Positions 1-8,904 of a stretch of 64,000 bases of DNA are shown piece by piece. The position numbers and the translations under genes were made by a program. The stretch is from a virus (lineage: Duplodnaviria; Caudoviricetes). The notes under the pieces are model-generated. The model was not told the DNA's origin and did no database searches. It was given only the letters and a program-made list of their open reading frames with translations. The stretch is taken from IMG/VR virus record IMGVR_UViG_3300037067_027602, positions 92,498 to 156,497 of that record; one strand, given 5' to 3'. The number at the start of each line of letters is the position of its first letter. Positions within the stretch are counted from its first letter, which is position 1.

Positions 1-436
1 CTGTGCTCGTCAGGTCGAACGGCTTGGAGGTCTGGTCCACCGGCTCCACGGACACCACGGGAAGCTTGTCGTCCGTCAGCGCGTCGGAGTCCGGGAACGC
101 CTCCATCAGCAGCTCCTGGTGGAAACTGTAGTCCGCAGTGAGCGCTCCGGACGGCTCCGCCGCCAGGATGAAGGTGTTGCGCTCGTAGTCGAAGAAAAAT
201 TCATCCGCTCCGAGTATCCTCCCCCCGTCCTTAAACGACACATAGGAGGAATCCACGACGCCGGACGGGTTGACCGTGAGAATCTGCCTGTCGGTGGGCA
301 AGCTTCCGGAGAAGTTGGAGTCCACCTCCAAGGCGACCCCGGAGGCGGATCCCGTGTAACCAGCCCCCTGGAGGATGATGTTCTGCACGGCGTGCAGCAA
401 AGACAGATGGATGTCCTGAAAGCTTATTTCGCTCAT
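1..436 (-). CDS. Putative tail completion/terminator protein, 3' end runs off the window
   Basis: ATG at 436 overlaps the stop of 433..1131. The frame MSEISFQDIHLSLLHAVQNIILQGAGYTGS...KLPVVSVE...KPFDL is open to base 1. Function is inferred from position after the head-tail genes. Confidence 0.5.
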   Translation of the reverse strand, partial: MSEISFQDIHLSLLHAVQNIILQGAGYTGSASGVALEVDSNFSGSLPTDRQILTVNPSGVVDSSYVSFKDGGRILGADEFFFDYERNTFILAAEPSGALTADYSFHQELLMEAFPDSDALTDDKLPVVSVEPVDQTSKPFDLTST

Positions 437-1131
437 GCCGGCCCCCCGCAAAACAATTTCGCCGCTATCTCCATAACATGTTCCCTGAAGTTCACGGGGC
501 TTAGGAGCTCCTCCATCGACAACCCCATCCTGAGCAGCGTCCGGTGCGGCTTGAACCCGCGGTAGGGGGAGAGGTGCAGCCTCTCGGCCATCGTCTCCTC
601 CCCGGCGTTGTCGCCTTTCTCCACCAGCCCCAGAGGCAGCATCACGCCCTCCCCATGGCGCCCAACTTCCCCTCCCTTGAACTTGTCGCCCAGAATATAG
701 GCCAGGAACTCCGACGAGACGAAAGCGTAGTCGTCGGTCGCCCCCACGACGGAGTTGTCGCCGTCCTCATGCAGGCGCCACCAACCGCCGGAGCCGCCCT
801 CCGCCGAGTGCATGGGGAGGAGTTTGTCCAGCACGCCGGTGTCCATCATCCTCAGCGTCACCCCGGACGGGGTCTCCTCCGGCCTCGAACCGCCAATCGC
901 TATCTCGAACGCCTCCATCAGCGATTTGTCCTCGTTCACGAGATCCCTTTTCGGCGTTAGGCCCTGAAGCTCCTCTATGGCCATGTCCACTATCTGCATG
1001 AGCCTGATCATGGCGCCCTTCGCCACCGCCGCCCTTATCCGCGGGACGGTGATCGTGGACGGGTCGCGGACATACCCAATCAGCCGCCCGTTTCTGCGAA
1101 GCCCTATCTTCATCGTCTTCAAAACGGCCAT
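433..1131 (-). CDS. Putative neck/tail completion protein
   Basis: 232 aa ORF tightly coupled within the head-tail joining run; function is positional inference. Confidence 0.45.
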   Translation of the reverse strand: MAVLKTMKIGLRRNGRLIGYVRDPSTITVPRIRAAVAKGAMIRLMQIVDMAIEELQGLTPKRDLVNEDKSLMEAFEIAIGGSRPEETPSGVTLRMMDTGVLDKLLPMHSAEGGSGGWWRLHEDGDNSVVGATDDYAFVSSEFLAYILGDKFKGGEVGRHGEGVMLPLGLVEKGDNAGEETMAERLHLSPYRGFKPHRTLLRMGLSMEELLSPVNFREHVMEIAAKLFCGGPA

Positions 1132-1134
1132 TTT

Positions 1135-1647
1135 TCAACCCTCGGTTTTCAGGATCATGCGGAAAACGTAGTCGTTCTTCAACCCTCTTTTCGTCTGCGG
1201 GGAGGCGAGGACCATCTTCAGCCCCTCCACCTCGAACCTGACCGCCGCCGACAGCTTGGCGAAAATGTCGGGGGACACCGTCAGCACCCCTTTCGCCTCC
1301 AGATACCGGAGTTTCACGTCTCCCAGCTTGGACACCAGTATGGCGTCGGCCTCGTTTTTGGACGGGTCCAGCCAGCGGTACGGGATGTAGATGTCGACGC
1401 TTCCGTCCACCGTCACGACGCCTTTGCCGCCGCACACGGGGCAGATCCCCTCGAAAGGCGACGGGCCGGAGCTGTTGTATTTCCCCGAGCTCCTCCTCCC
1501 GCGGATGTCGTAGACGCAATTTCCGCATCGCGACTCGGACGACGATCCCACGACCCTGATGGGAGTGGTCTTCTTCAGGTCGGAATAGAGCTGTCCAATG
1601 TATTTCTGGTACAAGTTTATCGTCTTCTGCGTGACGAGGGGTTTCAC
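1135..1647 (-). CDS. Putative head-closure protein with Zn-binding motifs
   Basis: CGNC...CPVCGGKG motifs; lies directly downstream of the adaptor-like gene. Confidence 0.55.
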   Translation of the reverse strand: MKPLVTQKTINLYQKYIGQLYSDLKKTTPIRVVGSSSESRCGNCVYDIRGRRSSGKYNSSGPSPFEGICPVCGGKGVVTVDGSVDIYIPYRWLDPSKNEADAILVSKLGDVKLRYLEAKGVLTVSPDIFAKLSAAVRFEVEGLKMVLASPQTKRGLKNDYVFRMILKTEG

Positions 1648-2294
1648 CGGAGCCTCCCGCCGTAGATGGCCACTCCCCGGGAGCGGTTGTGCAGGACCCT
1701 CTTGATAAGGTCATTCCACAAAACGGCGACGCTGTTGACGCTCTTGGACATCTCCTGGCTGGACACGGCGGTGTTGATCGTGGTCTCGCCGTCCTTGATG
1801 TAGATGGCGTCCCCGGCTCCGTTCATGACCTGGACGTTCAACATCCTCAGGGCAGCCGCGGTCACCGCCAGAGCCTTCATGTCATTGGGGACGTCCTTGT
1901 TGGACATCGTGTCCGGGGTTTCATAACCGGCCGGGATGTCGACCCCCAGGGCGAAATCATATTCCGTCCAAGGCTGGACGACGTTCTTTATGACGTCGCC
2001 GATATGGGCCGACACCTGCTCGTCGGTGTACTTGACGTAATCGTATTCCGCCGACACCTGCTCCCCCGCGGAGACCGCCGACGAGAATTTGACGACGTTC
2101 TTGGACACGGTGAAATCCTCACGGACGACGTCCCCCACCAGCATCCCGCTGGGGCGGACGGTGCAATAGGCGTCCTGGGACAAGGTGTAGTAGCGGGACG
2201 TTGACGGGGTGGAAGGGTTCTCGTCTAGCTGGTACTGGGCCTCGTCCCCTATCAGGCGGCGGACCTCCGGGATCAAGTCGGTGTAGTCGAACAT
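1644..2294 (-). CDS. Putative head-tail adaptor protein
   Basis: N-terminal LIPEVRRLIGD and C-terminal IKDGETTINT resemble large-phage adaptor proteins; downstream of the capsid gene. Confidence 0.6.
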   Translation of the reverse strand: MFDYTDLIPEVRRLIGDEAQYQLDENPSTPSTSRYYTLSQDAYCTVRPSGMLVGDVVREDFTVSKNVVKFSSAVSAGEQVSAEYDYVKYTDEQVSAHIGDVIKNVVQPWTEYDFALGVDIPAGYETPDTMSNKDVPNDMKALAVTAAALRMLNVQVMNGAGDAIYIKDGETTINTAVSSQEMSKSVNSVAVLWNDLIKRVLHNRSRGVAIYGGRLR

Positions 2295-2297
2295 CTT

Positions 2298-3011
2298 CTA
2301 AACCTCTTTCGCTATGAACGGGCATTTTTCGGAGCAGCGCTCGCAACGGCGCCCCTGGAACTCTACCCTTGACATCTCCCCGTTGACCATCCCTATCACC
2401 TTCTCCACGGCTGTGAGGGACGCCAGGAACATCGACGCCATGAAATCCAGGACCGCTAGCATCCTCTCCTCGTTGCTGTCGAAAACTATCTCGGACTCGC
2501 ATATCTGCCCGGCGTACCCTATCAGGAAATCCTTGTAGGGGGAATAGATGTCGAGGAACCTGGTGTAGGCTATCTTCGGCACGCCGTCCCGCTCGAATTT
2601 CCTCTCCACCGACGCGAAAGTCGCCTTGAGGACGTACTCCAGCATGTCCTTGAACTCCCTCCGGTGCCTGGCCATGGCCGGCTTGTCCGACACCAGGATC
2701 ACCATCGCCTGCCTGAGCTCCCCCATCTGCACGGATAGGATATGGGAGAAGACATGTTTCCGCAGGGGGCATTCGACCCTCATCGACGGGACGCCGAAGT
2801 CCATGATGGTCTTCATCTTGGTCAACGCCCCGCAATGCGGCAGATCTATGGGAGCCCCTCCGAAAAACTTCGACGGGGACGGTATTTTCTTCACCAGCGC
2901 CGGCGCCATCCATCCCAGGATCGCCAAGGCCACGACCGCCATCACCCCGGCGAAACCGCCGGTGGCGTAGGCCCCCTCTATCCAATCAGGCAACAAACCC
3001 TCCAAGGCCAA
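2298..3011 (-). CDS. Membrane-anchored hypothetical protein
   Basis: Single N-terminal hydrophobic segment GGFAGVMAVVALAILGWM. Confidence 0.5.
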   Translation of the reverse strand: MALEGLLPDWIEGAYATGGFAGVMAVVALAILGWMAPALVKKIPSPSKFFGGAPIDLPHCGALTKMKTIMDFGVPSMRVECPLRKHVFSHILSVQMGELRQAMVILVSDKPAMARHRREFKDMLEYVLKATFASVERKFERDGVPKIAYTRFLDIYSPYKDFLIGYAGQICESEIVFDSNEERMLAVLDFMASMFLASLTAVEKVIGMVNGEMSRVEFQGRRCERCSEKCPFIAKEV

Positions 3012-3038
3012 GCCCTCCCGAATATCCTGTTGGCGGGG

Positions 3039-3590
3039 CTATGCCCCGTGTTTGCGGCGTTCCCTCTTGGCCTCTACCAGCCTCTCGTTCCTGTCCTCCA
3101 GCGCGAGATACTCATCCAGGACGGGTTTCGCCGCGTTGGACAGGGCCAGGGTGAACAAAGTGTCCGGGACATGGATGAGGAACTGCGCCGTCGGCCGGAT
3201 GACGCTGCCTCCTACTCTCGGGGCTTTCCCGAAATGCTCCTGCATGGACGACTTCATGGCCTCCAGGGTTTTAGTCTGCTCCTTGACGGCGGCGTTCGCC
3301 GCCTGCTGCTTCGTTCCCCCGACGACGTCATACCCCATGTCGGAGGTGCATTTGACGTTCTCGTTGGCGAAGTGCTTCCGCAGGGCGTGCAGGACCATTT
3401 GCTTGCCGCACCCCCGGCAGGCGTACCTCGCCGGGACGCCCCCTTTCATGGCACCGCTCTCCACCATCCGCATGTTCTCCGCGAACCTGCGCTCGATGAT
3501 CTCGGCCGTGGACGAGGTCCCCGTGAACTCGGCGTTGGACGGGACGTCCCCGCCGGTGTCCGCCTGGCTATTCATCACCTTGAGTTCCAT
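3039..3590 (-). CDS. Hypothetical protein (CxxC...H motif)
   Basis: 183 aa ORF with an AAGGAG ribosome-binding site, after the capsid terminator. Confidence 0.55.
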   Translation of the reverse strand: MELKVMNSQADTGGDVPSNAEFTGTSSTAEIIERRFAENMRMVESGAMKGGVPARYACRGCGKQMVLHALRKHFANENVKCTSDMGYDVVGGTKQQAANAAVKEQTKTLEAMKSSMQEHFGKAPRVGGSVIRPTAQFLIHVPDTLFTLALSNAAKPVLDEYLALEDRNERLVEAKRERRKHGA

Positions 3591-3617
3591 TTTACGCTGC
3601 TCCTTTTTCCTTGTTTT

Positions 3618-3652
3618 AAAAAAAGGCCGGAGGCCAACATGCCTCCGGCCTT
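3618..3652 (-). terminator. Intrinsic terminator after the major capsid gene
   Basis: 12-bp stem AAGGCCGGAGGC/GCCTCCGGCCTT followed by a T run on the minus strand. Confidence 0.8.
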
Positions 3653-3678
3653 GTCCTGGTTCCTGGGCGATCCCTGGA

Positions 3679-4575
3679 TTAGCCGAAGGTCAGCTCGACG
3701 AGGGCCTTGTCGTCCAGGACGGCGAACCCGAGGTTCTCCCGGCCGAAGAAGCCGGTCTGGAACTCGAGGATGGCCGTGGGGTCGTCGTACGTGACGAGGT
3801 TCTCGCGGATCGGCATCATCCCGTAGGTGTAGCCCTCCCGCTGCCCGAAGGCATACCCCTTGGAGTCGGAGACCAAGGTGGGTTTCCTCACCCTGATCAT
3901 GTTGACGTCCCACACGCGGGCCAGCCCCTTGTTGCTGAACACCTGGTCGCGCAGGGTGTCGGAGGTGTTCTCCGCCTGGACCCAGCGCCGGACGTCGCTG
4001 TAGCGGCGCGGCGAGATGTACAGATCGGTGATGGAGCGCTCCAGGACCTCGCCTGCGGTCAGGATGTCGTTGAAGCACTCCAGATCCAGCCCGGAGGCGG
4101 AGATCTGCTGGTCGGTGTTGGTGATCTGGGCCGCATGGGCTTTGATCATGGTCCAGCCGCAGAGCTCCTCCTGGGCGATCAAGCGGTTCTTGAACCACTG
4201 GGTGGCGCGCTGGGCGACCTGGAAACGACCCTCCTGGGCGACCTGCATCTGCCAGCGGACGCGGGCGGCGATGTTGAAGGTGCCGACGGTGATCTCGCCG
4301 CCCTCGAACATCACGACCGGGAGCTGGCCGACCTGCGGCATCGTCATGGCGACCTCGCAGTCGTCGAACGGCAGCTTGTAGTTCGCCTGGGCGCCGGGGG
4401 CGAGCTCCTCGACGGTGAAGATCCGGCGGACGGTGGACTGCTCGTCGAGCAGCGGGAGGATGACCTCCGCGCGGCCGGCGGCGAACTCCGCGCGGAGCAT
4501 GGGGTCGGACGCGGTGGAACGGAAGAGCTCCCGTTTTTCGGCCGTGGTCAAAACAATCTCGTTAGGCATTTTCAA
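3679..4575 (-). CDS. Major capsid protein (HK97-fold, encapsulin/Linocin-like type)
   Basis: 298 aa, last gene of the portal-protease-scaffold-decoration run, followed by a strong terminator; LYISPRRYSDVRRW and C-terminal GFAVLD patterns. Confidence 0.8.
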   Translation of the reverse strand: MKMPNEIVLTTAEKRELFRSTASDPMLRAEFAAGRAEVILPLLDEQSTVRRIFTVEELAPGAQANYKLPFDDCEVAMTMPQVGQLPVVMFEGGEITVGTFNIAARVRWQMQVAQEGRFQVAQRATQWFKNRLIAQEELCGWTMIKAHAAQITNTDQQISASGLDLECFNDILTAGEVLERSITDLYISPRRYSDVRRWVQAENTSDTLRDQVFSNKGLARVWDVNMIRVRKPTLVSDSKGYAFGQREGYTYGMMPIRENLVTYDDPTAILEFQTGFFGRENLGFAVLDDKALVELTFG

Positions 4576-4593
4576 AACCTTTCCTTTGGTTGG

Positions 4594-5100
4594 TTAGGCC
4601 CGGCTCGGCAGGTCGAACCTGCAACGGTAGTAGGCGTTCAGGCCGGAGGCCTCGACCACGCCCAGGGAGGCGTCGGTCCCGGAGGCGGTGACGCGGAACA
4701 GGCCGCTCGCCGCCGGGAAGATGCTGTCGCCGACCGCCGGGGTGGTGGTGAAGTTCTCCACGCCGACCTCAGCGTAGAAAGGCCCGTTGGTGAGCACGCC
4801 GATCTGGGCGCCCTTGCGCTCCCAGGTGTTGTGGTGGAACTGGTAGCCGGAGAGGTCACCGAGGTTCGAGGGATCGTAGACCTTCTGGGTCGACAGGCCG
4901 AAGACGGTCCCCGACGGGCAGGAGCCCTCGGTGACGGGCTCGACGGCGGTGAAGTCGGCGCTCAGCTTGACGGGGGCGCCTTCGGGGATGACGCTGTTGC
5001 AGACGTAATAGGGGACGACGATGCCCCCCATCGCGTTCTGCAACGGCTTCTTGTAGGCGTGCGGGATGTTGGTGACCAGAAAGGGGTTGGACATTTCCAT
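4594..5100 (-). CDS. Capsid decoration/cement protein
   Basis: 168 aa beta-rich protein between scaffold and capsid genes; PAVGDSIFPAASG...LGVVE pattern. Confidence 0.6.
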   Translation of the reverse strand: MEMSNPFLVTNIPHAYKKPLQNAMGGIVVPYYVCNSVIPEGAPVKLSADFTAVEPVTEGSCPSGTVFGLSTQKVYDPSNLGDLSGYQFHHNTWERKGAQIGVLTNGPFYAEVGVENFTTTPAVGDSIFPAASGLFRVTASGTDASLGVVEASGLNAYYRCRFDLPSRA

Positions 5101-5109
5101 GTCTCCTAT

Positions 5110-5949
5110 TTAGATCTGTTTGAAGGCGGCGGCGCCCTTGAGGGGTGCGGCGGTCATGGACGCGATGGCCTGGGCCACGATCTCGGCCCCGGCCACTCCG
5201 GGGACGCCGGAGGCGGCCGATGCGGGGGGGACGGCGGTTTTGGCTGGCTCCCCGGAGGCCTTGCCCTGGTCCACCGGGCCCTTGAGCGACTTGATCTCCT
5301 CCAAGTAGCCTTGGAAGGTGGCGTCATCCATGGCCGCGGCGCGGGAGAGCTGCACCGCCTGGCGGGCGGGGTCGGAGACCAGGACGCCGGAGGCGTCGAG
5401 CTCGGAGCGGCGGCGGGCGACGGCGCGCTCGACGCGCAGCTGGCCAAGCTCCTTCTCGGCGGCGGCGAGCTGGTCCTTGGCGGAGGCCGCGGATTTCTCG
5501 ACCTCGGCCTTGGCCGTCAGGGCGGAGTCACGCTCCGTGGCCATGATGGCCAGCTTGTCCTCGAGATCCTTGGTTCCGGTGGACGCCTTGGCGGCGGCCA
5601 GATCGGTCTTCAAGGCCGCGTTCTCGGTCTTCAGGGCGTTGAAAGCGTCGTCCTGGTCTTTCCGGGCGCGCTCGGACGCCAAGGCGGCGGCGACCTCGTC
5701 CCTGATGTTCACCAGGGGCGCGGCGAGACCGTGCATCATGGCCTCGGGTTTCTTTTCGTCGGGCATTTGTCTTTCCTCCAATTTTTCGTTTGCCTCCCCT
5801 CGCTCGACGCCGTCACCGGTGGGCCCAGCCATTTCGATGCCCCCCGCCGCCGACGCTCCACTCGCGGATTGCGGTTTAAAAACCACCCTGAGCTCGTCAG
5901 GGAGGGTGTCGTCTATGTTTTTGACCGAATTTGCCATATATAAAACCAT
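5110..5949 (-). CDS. Capsid scaffolding protein
   Basis: Ala/Glu/Lys-rich coiled coil just upstream of the decoration and capsid genes. Confidence 0.6.
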   Translation of the reverse strand: MVLYMANSVKNIDDTLPDELRVVFKPQSASGASAAGGIEMAGPTGDGVERGEANEKLEERQMPDEKKPEAMMHGLAAPLVNIRDEVAAALASERARKDQDDAFNALKTENAALKTDLAAAKASTGTKDLEDKLAIMATERDSALTAKAEVEKSAASAKDQLAAAEKELGQLRVERAVARRRSELDASGVLVSDPARQAVQLSRAAAMDDATFQGYLEEIKSLKGPVDQGKASGEPAKTAVPPASAASGVPGVAGAEIVAQAIASMTAAPLKGAAAFKQI

Positions 5950-5971
5950 TCCTCAATTAAAGTCTACGCCG

Positions 5972-6856
5972 CTAGTTTATTTTTATTGCCCCGTCGTGCG
6001 CCAATATCAGCCGGTGCAGCTCCTCGTGCTCCGCCGCGAGCTCCTCGCTGGGGGACGCCCCATAGAGGACGTGCAGCTCGTCGTGGCGCCTCTGGACGGA
6101 AGCGAAAGCCCTCTGGGGGTCGTCCATGAACACGCAACCCCTGTCGGCGGGGTATGACACAACCCCGGCCCCGCTGAACCACATGTCGTTGAATATCTTC
6201 ACTACCGGGGCCCCGCCCACCAGCGTCCGTTTCCTCCAAAGCTCCTCCGTGTCGTCGTCGATCCCGAAAGGCTTGTCGAACTTCATGTGCTTGCCGCCCA
6301 CCACGTACGTCCTGTCGCGGTACCAGTTCTCCATGCTGATCTTCAGCATCCTGCGCCCGACCAGGGCGGCCATGTCGGTGATGGTCTTGGGGAAATGGAA
6401 CATGTAGAGGACCGCCGTGGCCAGCACCCACAGCTTGTCGGAGTCCTTCCTCCCCAGGTCGTCTGACGGATCCACCTTGGCGGCCTCGTCCTCCGTCATC
6501 GGGGAATCCCCGTCGAAAGACAGGGCCGTGTCCGTCATGTGCCCGATGATGGTGTTCTTGTTCGTCCCGGCGGAGGCGTAGGAGAAATAGCTCTCCTTCT
6601 CCTCCAGGACATGCTCGACGTCGATCGGTTTATGCCTGGGGCTCTTCCAGGAGCGCAGCAGCTCCGACCGCAGGAAAGCCTCGTTGTTGGAGTTCTTGCC
6701 CTCGCGGCAGAGCCTAAACTTCACGGGGATGATGTCCACCGAGCCGCGCTTGTCCAGCTTCTCGAAATCGAAATCGGCGGCGGAGGCGGAGCCCTTCGCC
6801 CACGACCCGAGCTCCAGGTCGCAGATGGCCCTCGACATCTTGGCGTCCGCCGGCAT
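5972..6856 (-). CDS. Putative prohead protease
   Basis: KPIDVEH, IIGH, ISMENW and FSGAGVVSYPAD motifs; located between portal and scaffold. Confidence 0.65.
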   Translation of the reverse strand: MPADAKMSRAICDLELGSWAKGSASAADFDFEKLDKRGSVDIIPVKFRLCREGKNSNNEAFLRSELLRSWKSPRHKPIDVEHVLEEKESYFSYASAGTNKNTIIGHMTDTALSFDGDSPMTEDEAAKVDPSDDLGRKDSDKLWVLATAVLYMFHFPKTITDMAALVGRRMLKISMENWYRDRTYVVGGKHMKFDKPFGIDDDTEELWRKRTLVGGAPVVKIFNDMWFSGAGVVSYPADRGCVFMDDPQRAFASVQRRHDELHVLYGASPSEELAAEHEELHRLILAHDGAIKIN

Positions 6857-6859
6857 CTC

Positions 6860-7141
6860 TCAAATCCCCCTGAAAGCGGCCGCCCTGGCCTTTGACCTGG
6901 GCGGGGGGAGGGCGGACTCCTCCTCCGTGAAAGAGGCCGTGGCGGGGCAGAAGGTCTTGTTGACGTAGGTCTGGAAATCGCCCGTCTGCTCCTTCTTCTG
7001 GCTATAGTTCATGCTGACGTTGTAGCACCACTTGTCCATGAAGAACGACAAGCTCTCGAGGTTCTTGACCTCCTTGCCCTCGACGAGCAGCTTAGTATCG
7101 TCGAACTTCCCGCTCTCGCTGACGATCTCGATCTTGGCCAT
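6860..7141 (-). CDS. Small head-module hypothetical protein
   Basis: 93 aa ORF with RBS, coupled to the protease-like gene. Confidence 0.55.
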   Translation of the reverse strand: MAKIEIVSESGKFDDTKLLVEGKEVKNLESLSFFMDKWCYNVSMNYSQKKEQTGDFQTYVNKTFCPATASFTEEESALPPPRSKARAAAFRGI

Positions 7142-7182
7142 GATGAAAACCTTTTTTTAAATTATCAACGCCGCTCTCCGGC

Positions 7183-8904
7183 CTAGCTTACCGCTTTCAC
7201 GCCCTTCGGGGTCTTCGTGGCGCTTTTCCTTCCGTTCGGCTCCTTGACGCCGGCCGGACGCCCCTGCTGCCCGTTCCCCAGCGTCTTCTGCGCCGCCTGC
7301 GGCTTTGACGCCGACTGGGACTCCGACGACTGCTGCGACGGGGCTGCGGTCATCACGAGGATGCCGTCCTCGTCGCGTATCTTCTGCTCCGCCTTGAGGC
7401 GCTTCACCTCTTTCGGGAAATTGTATTGCAGGGTCTCGGCCGCGGTGCGGTAGGAGATTATCTGCCTGTCGACCATGCTCATGAGCACGCGGATATAATC
7501 GTTGACGTCCTTCAGGTTCAGTTTCCCGAACACGCCTTTCGACCTGCCTTTGACCCCGAGCATCCTGTCCATGGCCTGGAGGTCCGGGGAAATCCAGTCG
7601 CAGAACACGTTCTGCAGCTTGTCGATGATCTCGATCATGCCCTTTAGGTTCAGCGTGTCGTTCCCCAGGGCTCCGCCGCCGTCGCCGCCGAGCAGCCCCT
7701 GGGACACGCCGATGCAGGTGCGGATGTTCGTGTCGCAGTTGCTGTATTTATCCTGCCCGAGGGTGTCCAGCGCCGGCTCGACGTATTTCATGTCGATGCA
7801 ATGGTGCCAGATCAGCGTCGAGTTCCCGTCGGAGGTGTTGAGCTGCCCGGCCACCACCTGGATGTCGTCCTGCGTCGCCGGGAACTCGTCAGAACCGACT
7901 TTGACCAACAATATCCTGTTGCGGATGCCGTTCACGGTGGACTCGTCCATGTCCATGAGCCTGCGCTTCTGGTCGACATACCGGAGGGCCGACCTGGTGG
8001 AGGGATTCCCCCATGGCTTGCTGGCTATGGTGGAGGTGGACACCATCTTGCATAGATATTGGGGGAGGTATATGTCCATGACCCCCGCTTTCACCTGGTA
8101 GACTATCTCCGGGGGGATCATCCCGACCCCGGGGGCGTCCATGGGAGAAGACCTGATGGCCGAGGAGAGGTTGTCGTCGATTCTGGAATACAACCCCCTC
8201 ATCCAGGGGAAGGCCTTCATCCCGCGGACGTCCATCCCCAGGGGTTCAAGAAGGACGTATCCGCCGGGGATGGACAAATCCTCGCGCTCGGCGAAGTTGG
8301 ACGGGAGTATCCCGTTGAGCTGCTCTATCAAATTTCCCCTGACGTCCTGGCGCGAGGCCGAGGACATGGCCATCCCCCACGCCTCCATGGACGAGGCGCA
8401 GCTTCTGTGCGCCGCTGAGCTCCTCGCCATAAGGGACGAGGAGGCGTCGTTGCCGCCCTCCACCTGGAATGGTACGGGTATCTTCAGAGGGAACACGACC
8501 CCGTCCTGGAGGTAGTTGAACAAGAAATCCCCTATGAACTGCCTGCCGCGGATAGCGGACCACCAGGCGTCGTAGAAAACCTGGTCGTCCTCCGACTCGC
8601 ACTGGATGCGGAACGAGTCGTTGGCGAGCTCGGAGATCAGCTCCAGCCCTTTTTGCAGGATCGGCTCATCCTCGACGGCCTCGCGGGAGCGGACTATGAG
8701 CCACTTCGCCTCCCCCTGGCGGAACCCGGACATCATGGAGGCGTATGGGGACCGGGCGGGAGACGATAATTGCTGGCGGGTCGAGGCCTGGGCCTTCGCC
8801 CTGCCCGCCGCCACCATCCCCATTGGCAGCTGTATCCTGGCGGCGGCCTGTCCGGCGCCGGTTATCTTCCTGGACATGTCTGTGGTCCCTATCTTTTGAT
8901 CCAC
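7183..8904 (-). CDS. Portal protein
   Basis: ~570 aa directly after the terminase; NRILLVKVGSDEFPAT pattern and a low-complexity C-terminus with GRP. The start may be at 8877. Confidence 0.75.
   Translation of the reverse strand: MDQKIGTTDMSRKITGAGQAAARIQLPMGMVAAGRAKAQASTRQQLSSPARSPYASMMSGFRQGEAKWLIVRSREAVEDEPILQKGLELISELANDSFRIQCESEDDQVFYDAWWSAIRGRQFIGDFLFNYLQDGVVFPLKIPVPFQVEGGNDASSSLMARSSAAHRSCASSMEAWGMAMSSASRQDVRGNLIEQLNGILPSNFAEREDLSIPGGYVLLEPLGMDVRGMKAFPWMRGLYSRIDDNLSSAIRSSPMDAPGVGMIPPEIVYQVKAGVMDIYLPQYLCKMVSTSTIASKPWGNPSTRSALRYVDQKRRLMDMDESTVNGIRNRILLVKVGSDEFPATQDDIQVVAGQLNTSDGNSTLIWHHCIDMKYVEPALDTLGQDKYSNCDTNIRTCIGVSQGLLGGDGGGALGNDTLNLKGMIEIIDKLQNVFCDWISPDLQAMDRMLGVKGRSKGVFGKLNLKDVNDYIRVLMSMVDRQIISYRTAAETLQYNFPKEVKRLKAEQKIRDEDGILVMTAAPSQQSSESQSASKPQAAQKTLGNGQQGRPAGVKEPNGRKSATKTPKGVKAVS

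Noticed and set aside
2298-3011. Holin call for the membrane protein
   Set aside because: Only one hydrophobic segment and no endolysin nearby.
3052-5943. 963-aa plus-strand ORF and many other long antisense ORFs (for example 54292..56265, 8745..10175)
   Set aside because: Shadow frames of high-GC genes on the opposite strand, with no motifs or RBS support.
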